This document shows, piece after piece, positions 25,061 through 35,358 of a DNA stretch of 64,000 nucleotides (position 1 is its first letter; each line of letters begins with the position of its first letter). The position numbers were made by a program, and so were the translations under genes. The stretch comes from Azolla caroliniana (Eukaryota > Plantae > Polypodiophyta): assembly GCA_043228905.1 (NCBI GenBank), contig JBHGNT010000009.1, positions 10,230,001 through 10,294,000 of the forward strand, given 5' to 3'. The notes under the pieces were generated by a model. It saw only the letters and a list, made by a program, of their open reading frames with translations, made no database searches and had not been told where the DNA came from.

Positions 25061-28000
25061 GTTTTATTCCGGAATCGTGCTTCTTGTTGTCAGCCTATTG
25101 CTTCCGCTATGTCTTCCGATCCTACCTCCAGTTGTCGTATCCGGACCGCAAGTAGTTCTTCCTGGCTCATCTCTTCCTTGCATGGTAGCATTGTCCATGT
25201 CGCGATTGTGGTTTCTGTCGGCATTACCGATGCTTGTCCGGTCATAAGTTCTGCCGGCATGTAACCGGTTACAGAGCTATGCGTCGTCCGATCCGCCCAT
25301 AGTGCATACGGAAGCATCTTTGGCCAATCCTTCACCCTTCCATTGCATGCCTTCGCAAGTGCTTTGCCAATCGGACTATGTCCTCGTTCGATCTTCCCGT
25401 TGGCTTCCGGATTGTATGCCGTTGTCAATGTTAACCGAACTCCATGTTTAGTGAAGAATTCCTTAGCTTTATCAGAGTCGAGTTCTCCCCGATCCACAAT
25501 CACTTGTCCTACGCACCTGTACCTGCAAAACACTTCTTCCAAAAGGAATTGGCATACCGTAGAACACGTTTTCCTCCGTAGCGCCCCACCTTCTACTTGG
25601 TTTGTGAGATCTTCCCGAGCTAACACCAAGTACTTCTTTTGTCTGATCCCAGTTGGCATGGCTACAATGTCGACCATCCATTTGAAGTTGATTGTCGGCG
25701 AGAATGTCGGATGTAACTCATCTCGGTGTCGAACTCTAGAGTAGATTTGACACTTCTCGCAACTTTCCGTGAACTCCGCGACATCTTTGTACATATTTTT
25801 CCACCAATATCTTTGCTTGATCTTCCCAAATGTTGCCCATGTTCCCCGATGTCCAGCCCAATCAGATTCGTGAAATTCGAACATTACCTGGTTTCGTTGT
25901 TCTTTTGTCCCGACTACTCGAAGTGGTATGCCACCCGGTCTTTTCGGCTCCCTCCATAAAAATCCATTTTTCAAGAAGAACTTTCAGACTTGCCGTTTCT
26001 TACTTCGGATGTCGGCTCTCTTCTCTTTATTGTCCGATGATTCCTCAATTTCTCATAGCATTTTCCCGATCAACAAGCTTTCTCCCTCGTATTCTTCTTC
26101 CCGGAATTCTTGGATTACGTCCACCCAGCATATGTCCTCCGAAGCAAAGTAGTCTTCGGAAACTTCTTCATTATCAGATTTGGTTATGTCATCTCTGAAC
26201 CGTGCCCTTGATAGCATATCCGCTACAGCGTTGTCTTTTCCAGAGATGTGTCTTACCTCCGGATTAAGTGACTTAACATATGCAATCCATCTTAGCATAG
26301 CCACATTCGGTTGCAAATCTTGAATAAATTGGAGAGACCCATTCTTCTTCGGAACCGTAAACCATCGATTTGAGTACGGGGCATTTCATGGCTCTAGAAT
26401 CCCCATCGCCACCTTCTCCTTGAGCAAGTCGATGATTTTCGGAATATGCACCCGTGGCACCGGAATTGGCTTCAAGTTCCACGGCACATGGTCAATCGTG
26501 AAGATCACCATCGGCTTCACTATCTTCGGGTCAACGCATCCTATTTCTTTCGATGTAAATGCAAATGCTCTCCCATGTCGCTCTAGAATCCCACGGAATC
26601 ATTCTTCTTCATTCTTTAATAGGAACCCACCTCCACCAATCCGAAGTTTCTTCCGGGTCTCATCCGTGAAGGCATGTCCGATATCCATAGACTTCCGAAG
26701 TGTCGGATCCCCCGAGACTTCTTTCCTCTTTTGTTCGCTATCTGCGGGTAACGGTCTCACGGCCGGTTTCACTTTCTTCTCCACGGTCTTGTATTTCGTA
26801 CTTACCATTGCTTCTTCATTGCGGAGCGCATCCGGCCCCATTTTCACAATGATCTCGTACATCTCGACCGACTCCACCGGAATTACCCGGTTTCCCTGGC
26901 TTGTATCTTCCATGAGCTCTTCAAGCCGTTGTAGTGTGCTCCCATAGAACACCTCTTCGACTATTCCCACGATATCTTCGTCTTCTTTTATTATTGATGC
27001 CAACTGTAACTTATCCTTCACTTTTCGGTATTCTTTCTTCATTCCTCCGGTTACGGCCGTGTACGTGGATGCCCCATTTGGACCGATTCGTACTTGTTTT
27101 GCACCGAGAGGTTTCTTCCTGTCTGGGGTATCAGGGCTTCTCGGACTATCACTTCCCCACTCCGCAACAGTCCGCTCTAAAAATACATTCTTGTTTGGGA
27201 CAAGAGCTCTCTCTTGTTCCTTTCATGATTTGCTGGCACCGTTAAGAATTGGACGGATTTCCCTCCGTTTTGGCTCCGAATTCGTGCAAAAGCCGCACTG
27301 CTATCGAGCACCTTCGTCTCCATCCATGATGCCGTGATAAAAGGTTGCTCGAGGATCACGGAGTGTGAGACCTTGTCTTGTACGAAGAAATTTTGGTCGA
27401 TCTCGACATCCCCGATCTTCACCGTCACATCTGGACAAGCCGCAAATAGATCTTCCATTGCTTTAGTGGCCGCCCGGATCTTCCACCCATGATTCCTATT
27501 AATAGGCCACTTACCCTTCCGGTAGAATTCCTTGATCATCAAGTTTATCTCCGATCCGCGATCAATCAATGCTAGCACGGGTTCTTTGATGTTACCGATT
27601 CGGACCGGAGTCTCCGTAGTTGCGCGTGCCCAGTGTGGCTTTGTGTAGTGAGAATTTGGTATTTCGTCCTCCAATTCGGTGTCATTCATTAGAACGTTAT
27701 TTGCATTCACCCTTGGTGCGTTCTCCTCCATACTTTGCCTTTTTCTCTTCACGAGATCCACAAGAAGATCGTGGAACTCCTTCTTCGCTATTCCGAGTAA
27801 TTCTCGAAGCAAAAAATCTACCCGGCTATCGAGGATTCTCTCCTCGAACACCTTTTTCAAGTCCGTTTGTTGTTCGATGTCCGAGGCGAGCTTGAATGCC
27901 AGAATCATCTTTTCTTTTCCCTTACCTCCGGAGTTCCAACTTTCCAGTGTCTTTGATGGACCGGCTGCCTCATCTGCTTCTCATGTATAACTTCATGCAA

Positions 28001-30105
28001 TTGGCATAAAGCAAACACGCTATTCTTATCGACGGGGCACTCCCATCCCATAGCTTCCCGGATGCCTTCCGCGGTGCTTCGGATCTCGTTAGAGTGGGTT
28101 TTCTCAGTGTTTTCTAGCACCTCCGGCCAAAAAGACACCTTTGCTCCCGATGACTCCCTGACACGTATTCCCGCAATTGTCACGTAATTGTTCTTCGCCG
28201 CTATTTCCTCCTCTAGGACCTTCTTCATGCCGCCTTTTCGGAAGTTTGGTCGGAGCGGCTTCCGAGAGTCCATCAAATGAATCCGATTTCCCTCGTAATA
28301 GATAAGATCCTGTCGTAGCGCTTCCTTGTGCTCGTGGCAATCCCTTCGATCATGTTCGGTGCTATCGCACCATATGCATCGACGGTCCATATACTTGGAA
28401 CTTGTGGGACGGTCATTCGACTTCTTCACTATCTCGATTTTTAGATTCTCCATCTCCTTCAGCAAGTGCTCCACGTAGTTGCGTCGATTCCCTTCTCAGT
28501 TGTAGCTTCCCGAGCCCACGGTGGATGGTCTTCCGCTCCGGATCTCGGTTTCGGAATCGTTTTCGAAACCCTCTTTTCTTCATTGGCAAGTCATTGCCCC
28601 CTCTTTGTGTATCACCCGATGATATCCCACACGTTTTCCCATGTTTCGAGGCCGCTCTCGGTAGTCGTGTCCTCTAGAAGCACTCCAAGATCCTTCTGGT
28701 CCCGGACGTCTACGGCTCGTAAGAATATGATAACTTTGTCCGGTGCGAGGATAGCTTGATCTCTCGCAGAAAACCTCCCGAATTGACTTTCGAATGACGA
28801 AAACACATCGAGGACCTTCATCCCCTTGTCCGGCGTTTCTACCCAATCCTCGAATCCTCTTCGCGTTGCCCTGGAGGAGTCCTCGATAGCGAACGTGGTC
28901 TTTAGCCCCTCTTCAAACGCTTCCCACGTCGGATTTTGTTGTCGTAGCCCGTGGATACTTGCTTGAAGCCCGTCGGTGGCCACCCGGTTGAAGGATGCCA
29001 CTTGCAGTCCTTCCGAAATCCCGCACCGTAGCATTTCCGCCTTGTAGTCCCGAAGATAGCGTGATACGTCCTTTCCGTTGCACGAGCCGCTCTACTGCCG
29101 CCGCTATCTCCGACATCGCACGTTGTTCCTGAAGCATCCGCTCGAACATCATCATGATGGTGTTAGCCTCCGGTTGATTTTCCATCTCCTTGCCACCCGT
29201 GTTCACGTCGGTTCACCACATGTGTCGTGCCTTTTGGCTCCGGATCGTTGCGTGAGTCGGGGGGGAACCGTTGAGGTTTTGGACTAGGAGAAAGAAGAAT
29301 ATGAGATAAGGCTCCTTATGAATCGATTGCAAGAAAGAGAAATATTTGAAAGAAGATATGAACCTCGTGAATCCCACGAGTATAGTGTATTAATTGATAC
29401 TTAGAATGTAAGAGAGAAATAGATGGAAAAAAATTGTGAATCCCACGAATATATTAGATTGATCCAAATCCTTGTAAAATAATCAACAACCTCTATACAT
29501 CTTTCTCTCTTCCTTATATAGTGTTGGAAGAGTCTAAGTTTATCACATGCAAGCATCATGCTTTTCCTATCTTTAGTTTTCATGCACACTGCATGTGCAT
29601 GATTAGCTTTCTATCTCATCTTTTCTTTTAACTCGAGTGTCTATGCATGAATAAGTTTTTGTACCATGCATGTCTAGAAATTTTACATGGGATAAAGTTT
29701 AGTATAACTTTAAAATTCATAATACGCTAGTATAATGATAAGGCTTAACATTATTAACATGGAGGTGCAAGGTTCGATTCTTGCCCTATGCATGTAATAT
29801 ATAATTTTATACTTTCTTCTATTTACAAATATGTCTCTTCATGTGGTGAGAAACTCTCACCGGCCTTCTTCATCCGGCTCTTGCCGGTTTTCTTTATCCG
29901 GTTCTGACCGGATCCTCCTCACCGGTCCTCTTCGTCCGTTTCCCACCGACTCTCACCAGCCTTCTTCATCCGGCTCTTGCCGGGTCTCCTTACCGGTTTC
30001 GGTCCTCACCAGTTCTTCCTTCTGGTTCTCACTGGGTACTCCATATCCTATCCGGAGAAACCAAAAATGTAATTTTTCACGTAGTGTGCGGATTACACTA
30101 CGACA
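25061..30105 (-). mobile_element. Trp-primed Gypsy Y' (3'-truncated, internally deleted)
   Basis: 5' LTR 29223-30105 (TGTCG...CGACA); PBS at 29202-29218; gag-PR and pol fragments homologous to Y; RT core deleted at ~26312; 3' end lost at ~25061. Confidence 0.92.
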
Positions 30106-32380
30106 ACGCGTTTGACCTTTTAGAAGATCAGTAAACGGCGTCATCAATTAGGAGTAATTACGATGGGATTTTTGCAAAAACCCGACTAAACCAAGGAATG
30201 ATCAAACTTCTCGAATGTTCTGAAGAGTGGGCCATAACTTGATTTTCTCGATGCGAGAAGGATCAATTTCAACTTCTCGTTCGGTGATGAGATGTCCAAG
30301 ATAAGTAATTGATTTCTTGAAGAACTCACATTTTGAGATCTTCGCATAAAATTGTTTGTCACGCAATGTTTGTAAAACAAAGCGGACATGTTTAGCATGT
30401 TCTTGTAATGTATGACTATAAACTAAATATCATCCAAGAAAATAATGACAAATTTTCCAAGTTGTTCTCGGAAAATGTCATTCATTTCTTGTTGAAATGT
30501 AGCCGAAGCATTGGTCAAACCAAAAAGCATAACCAAAAACTCATAATGGCCATAGCGCATATGAAATGCCGTTTTAGGAACATCATCCTCACTTATACAA
30601 ATTTGATGGTAGCCAGTACAGAGATCAAGTTTCGTAAAATACCGAGCTCCCTGGAGACGGTCAATTAGATTGTCGGCCTGAGGCAATGGATACAAATTCC
30701 TGATCGTCACTTTATTCAAGCATCGGTAATTAATACACATACGCCATGTGCCCTCTTTCTTTTTAACCAAGAGAACTGGTGCACCCCATGGAGATTTACT
30801 ATAACGTATATAACCCATTCGTAAATAGTCCTTGAGTTGCTTAGATACCTCATCCTCTTCGGATCAACTTAAGCGATAAGGAGGTATACTTATTGGTGCA
30901 GTGCCAGGTACAATATCTATACGATGGTCTATATTACGTTTAGGGGGTAACGCATCTGGTAGTTCACTTCAAAAAACATCACGAAAATCATTTAAGATTT
31001 CATCAAGTTGTTGTTGTTCAAAATATGTTAATTGAACCGAGACATTATTGATATTGTAAACGTGAATGTCTGGATCAAGTACTCAATAAAATAGAGTAGA
31101 ACAAGACAACTCGGATATTGATGGAGAGGAACAATCGAGAGGGATTGTTTTTTACACATTGAATAAATTGAGTACAGTCGTTCAGTAAAAATGTAATTGA
31201 ATGATGAACCCAATCAATAGATAAAGAAGAGCTTTTATTATAGAACCAGGGATAACCCAGTATTACATCAATGGTACAAAGATTCATTACATGGAAGTCT
31301 ACTTCCTCTATATAAGTATCAATAGAAATTCATAATGAATGAATCGCCCCGTTGATGTATTGTACTCTTCCATCAGCCAAGTGCACCATATAGGTGTGAT
31401 CACTTACGGTGGATTGGATTCCCTATATCTGAACCAAATGATCATTCACAAAGTTGTGTGAGCTTCCCGAATCAAATAAAAATTGTATGGGAGATCCATT
31501 GATATACCCGTTTGCACGTAGTAAATCATTGGGACCCAATACATAGTGAGGGAAAGAACATTGACAATTACTTAAATGATGTGTATAGACCTGAAGGACA
31601 TTAGGAATCTGACCTTTATGGTCTACAGTTTTAGCTTTGCTGTCGTGCTCTTTTCGTTGGAGCTTTCGACATTGCTCTTTGGTATGACCCTTCTTTTTGT
31701 AGAATACGCAAAAAGGATGTTGTCACATACAATCGTGATCCATGAATTCGTTGGGTGTCTTGCGTTTCCCAGCGAATTGCGACTACTTAGTCCCGGGTGC
31801 TTCGTTGAGTTTATTGTGGTCCTTCTTCGAAGTGCGTTGATAGCGAAAAACTATTTCAACGGCCTCTTCGAAGGATTTTGGATCCTTATCGTGCACTATC
31901 CAATGATAATCCAAATTGGGGATGACATTGACAAAAGAAGCTATTAACCAATTGTCCCCTTCTAGACCCGATTTTTGGATTTGGGTTCTAGCATGGTGAA
32001 CATTGTCTTCTAGTGAAGAAAATTTCCTGCTAGAGAGGTTCATTAAAGCTTGAGCTGCCTCAGTTCGAGAGGGAGGTTGTAGAAATTGGCCCTTAAAAAC
32101 TGTGACAAAATCTGTCCAGGTATTGGGCAATTTCCCCAAAGTACGAAGCCCACACCACTAGGCGGCGGCCTTACCCCCTAGTTCTCGGTCGACATATGCA
32201 ATCTTTGTACTATCTGGCGTGGGATAGAGCTCAAAATGAGACTCCCATCGGCCCAACCACATGCAGATTGCTTCTTCAGTTCTTTCCTTTTTTTCTCCCC
32301 TAAATGGCTAAACGACAAACGATGGTTCACCCTGTTGCTCATCAGGTTTATTAGTCTCACGTTGTAAACTAATGACACGT
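30106..32380 (-). pseudogene. Degenerate gag-PR-RT of X
   Basis: Retrotrans_gag TWTDFVTVFK (31783-32139); protease LFDSGSSHNFV near 31470; [15 protein letters not shown]...[13 protein letters not shown]...IFLDDI (30423-30818). Confidence 0.9.
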
Positions 32381-33226
32381 TGTCGTAGTGTAGGTTGCAC
32401 ACTATGTGGAAATTATATTTTTGTCCCTCCGGATAGAGAATGGAGTGCTCGGTGAGAACCGGAAGAAAACGGCATACCGGCAAGGAGGAAAACGGCATAC
32501 CGGCAAGGAAGAAAACGGCATACCGGCAAGGAAGAAAACGGCATACCGGCGAGGAAGAGCCAGATAAAGAGACATAAATGTAAAAAAAAAAGGAAATACT
32601 CACTACTGCGCAAGGCGTGATTCGAACTCTACACCTCCACGTAGCCAAACCTCAACTTTACCATTATGCTACCTTACCTTTAGTGTTCTATAAATAGATT
32701 TAATAACTATAAGTCCTTTATTTGCGCCTACCTTTATTAAAAGGTAAATCATGCATTTTTAGAGAGCGTGAATATTTTATAGAAAAACGCAAGCAACTAA
32801 AAAAGTGACTCATGCACATCTAGCGTGCATGAGCACTATATTTAGCAAATAAAAGCAAGGATTAGAAAGGCATCACATGCACATTTAGTGTGCATGAACA
32901 TATGAGAAAAAGCATGTAGCTATGCTTAGTCTCTCCCATTACTATATAAGGATGGGGAGCACATTGTAGTTTTTGTTGATTATTTGGATTAAGTATTAAT
33001 CAATACAAAAATTATTCGTGGGATTCACGATTTATACATCTACTTCTCTCTTAACACCCTAAGTACCAATTAATATAGTATACTCGTGTGATTCACGAGT
33101 TTCTTATCTTTCTCTTCGCTATTTATTCATAATTAATCTCTATCTCACGAACTTCTTTCTCCTAGTCCAAGACCTCTGTGGTTCCCACCCGACTCACGCA
33201 ACGATCCGGAGCCGAAAGGCACGACA
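32381..33226 (+). repeat. 5' LTR of Y (4 copies of 23-bp GAAGAAAACGGCATACCGGCAAG)
   Basis: TGTCGTAGTG...GGCACGACA direct repeat. Confidence 0.96.
32607..32678 (-). ncRNA. tRNA-like / Pol III promoter cassette inside the Y LTR (also ~39098-39169; homolog ~29722-29792)
   Basis: A-box TAGCATAATGG (32671-32661); B-box GTTCGAATC (32627-32619) 44 nt later; acceptor-like GTAAGG/CCTTGC pairing; T10 run downstream (32591-32582). Confidence 0.55.
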
Positions 33227-33230
33227 CAGT

Positions 33231-33248
33231 TGGTGAACCCGACGTGAA
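33231..33248 (+). promoter_or_regulatory. Primer-binding site for tRNA-Trp
   Basis: TGGTGAACCCGACGTGAA is the reverse complement of the recalled plant tRNA-Trp 3' end (TTCACGTCGGGTTCACCA). Confidence 0.88.
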
Positions 33249-33264
33249 GACGGGTGGCAAGGAG

Positions 33265-35304
33265 ATGGAGGCTCAACAAGCTAACAATATGATGGCGATG
33301 TTCGAACGGATGCTTCAAGAACAACGCACGATGTCGGAGATTTCGGCATCAGTAGAGCGGCTCGTGCAACGCAACGGGCAATTTAATGGTAAGGATGTGT
33401 CGCGATATTTGCAGGACTACAAGGCGGAGATGCTCCGGTGCCGGGCTTCGGAAGGACTGCAAGTGACATCCTTTAACCGGGTGGCGACCGACGGGCTTCA
33501 AGGGAGTATCCACGGGTTGCAACAACAAAATCCGACGTGGGAAGCATTCGAAGAGGCGTTAAAGACCACGTTTGCCATCGAGGACTCCTCCAAGGCAACG
33601 CGGAGGGGATTCGCGGATTGGGTGGAAACGTCGGGTAAGGGGCTGAAGGTCCTCGAAGTGTTTTCGACATTCGAAAGTCGGTTCGGGAGGTTGTCCGCGA
33701 GAGATCAAACTATTCTTGCACCGGACAAAGTCATCATGTTTTTGCGAGCTGTGGACGTCCGGGACCGGAAAGATCTCGGAGTGCTTCTTGAGGACACGAC
33801 CACCGAAAGCGGCCTCACCGAAACATGGGAAAGCGTGCGGGATATCATCGCGCGGTACACGAAGAGGGGGCAATGGCTTGCCAACGAAGAAAAGAGGGTT
33901 TCGGAACCGATTCCGAAACCGAGAACGGGACTGGAAGACCATCAACCGAGGGCTCGGGAGATTACGGCCGAGAAGGGAGTCGACGCGTCTACGGTGGAGC
34001 AGCTGCTGAAGGAGATGGAGAATCTAAAGATCGCGATGGTGAAGAAGTCGGATGACCGCCCCACAAGCTCCAAATATACGGATCGACGGTGCATATGGTG
34101 CGATAGCGCCGAACACGATCGGAGGGATTGCGACGACCATAAGGAGGCGCTACGACGGGATCTCATCTACTACGAGGGAAACCGGATTCATTCGATGGAC
34201 TCTCGGAAGCCACTCCGACCGAACTTCCGGAAAGGCGGCATGAAGAAGGTGCTCGAGGAGGAGTTAGCGGCAAGAAGCAACTATGCGACAACCGCGGGAA
34301 TATGTGTCGGGGAGTCATCGGGAGCGAAGGCGTCTTTCTGGCCGGAGGTGCTAGGAAACACCGAGAAAACCGACTCCAACGATATCCGAAACACCGCGGA
34401 AGGCGTCCGGGAAGCTACGGGATGGGAGTGCCCTGTCGACAAGAATAGCATATACGCCCTGTGTCAATTACATGAGGTGTATGTGGACGAGAAACGACGG
34501 CGCACGGAGGATGCGGCCGGACCATTGAAGATACCGGAAAGCTGGAACTCCAGAGGTAAGGGAAAAGAAAAGGCGACTCCGGCATTCAAGCTCGCCTCGG
34601 ACATAGAACAACAAACCGACTTGAAAAGAGTGTTCGAGGAAAGAATCTTGGATAGCCGGGTAGATTTTTCGCTGCGGGAACTACTCGGAATAGTGAAGAA
34701 GGAGTTTCACGATCTTCTCGTGGATCTCGTGAAAAGGAAGAGACAAAGTACGGAGGAAAATGCTCCAAGGGTGAATGCAAATACCGTTTCAATGAACGAC
34801 ACCGAAGTGGAAGGCGAAATTCCGAACTCCCACTATACAAGGCTACACTGGGCACGTGCGACTACGGAGACTCCGGTCCGAATCGGCAACATCAAAGAAC
34901 CCGTGCTAGCATTGATTGATCACGGATCGGAGATCAACTTGATGTCCAAGGAGTTCTACCGAAAGGGGAAGTGGCCTATAAACACCAACCATGGATGGAA
35001 GATTCGGGCAGCCACGAAAACGACAGAAGACCTATTTGTAGCTTGTCCGGATGTGACGGTAAAGATCGGGGATGTCGAAATTGACCAAAATTTCTTTGTG
35101 CAGGATGAGGTTTCACATTCTGTCATCCTCGGCCAACCCTTTATCACGGCTTCACGGATGGAGACGAAGGTGCTCGATAGTGGTGCGGCTTTTGCGCGAA
35201 TTCGGAGCCAAAACGGAGGGAAATCCGTCCAATTCCTAACGGTGCCGGCAAATCACGAAAGGAACAAGAGGGAACTCTTGTCCCAAGTGAGAATGGATTT
35301 TTAA
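33265..35304 (+). CDS. gag: Gag-protease polyprotein of Y
   Basis: Open frame; CX2CX4HX4C knuckle CIWCDSAEHDRRDC; aspartic protease ALIDHGSEINLM...VILGQPF. Confidence 0.92.
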   Translation: MEAQQANNMMAMFERMLQEQRTMSEISASVERLVQRNGQFNGKDVSRYLQDYKAEMLRCRASEGLQVTSFNRVATDGLQGSIHGLQQQNPTWEAFEEALKTTFAIEDSSKATRRGFADWVETSGKGLKVLEVFSTFESRFGRLSARDQTILAPDKVIMFLRAVDVRDRKDLGVLLEDTTTESGLTETWESVRDIIARYTKRGQWLANEEKRVSEPIPKPRTGLEDHQPRAREITAEKGVDASTVEQLLKEMENLKIAMVKKSDDRPTSSKYTDRRCIWCDSAEHDRRDCDDHKEALRRDLIYYEGNRIHSMDSRKPLRPNFRKGGMKKVLEEELAARSNYATTAGICVGESSGAKASFWPEVLGNTEKTDSNDIRNTAEGVREATGWECPVDKNSIYALCQLHEVYVDEKRRRTEDAAGPLKIPESWNSRGKGKEKATPAFKLASDIEQQTDLKRVFEERILDSRVDFSLRELLGIVKKEFHDLLVDLVKRKRQSTEENAPRVNANTVSMNDTEVEGEIPNSHYTRLHWARATTETPVRIGNIKEPVLALIDHGSEINLMSKEFYRKGKWPINTNHGWKIRAATKTTEDLFVACPDVTVKIGDVEIDQNFFVQDEVSHSVILGQPFITASRMETKVLDSGAAFARIRSQNGGKSVQFLTVPANHERNKRELLSQVRMDF

Positions 35305-35358
35305 AGCGGACTGTTGCGGAGTGGGGAAGTGATAGTCCGAGAAGCCCTGATACCCCAC
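35295..35358 (+). promoter_or_regulatory. Predicted -1 programmed ribosomal frameshift signal
   Basis: G_GAT_TTT immediately before the gag-PR stop; 5-nt spacer; 11-bp stem 35307-35317/35329-35339; loop GTGGGG complementary to CCCCAC at 35353-35358; -1 frame is open into pol. Confidence 0.75.

Noticed and set aside
32607-32678. Functional tRNA gene or self-encoded RT primer
   Set aside because: Anticodon and T stems pair poorly and the 3' end is not complementary to the Trp PBS; kept only as a tRNA-like cassette
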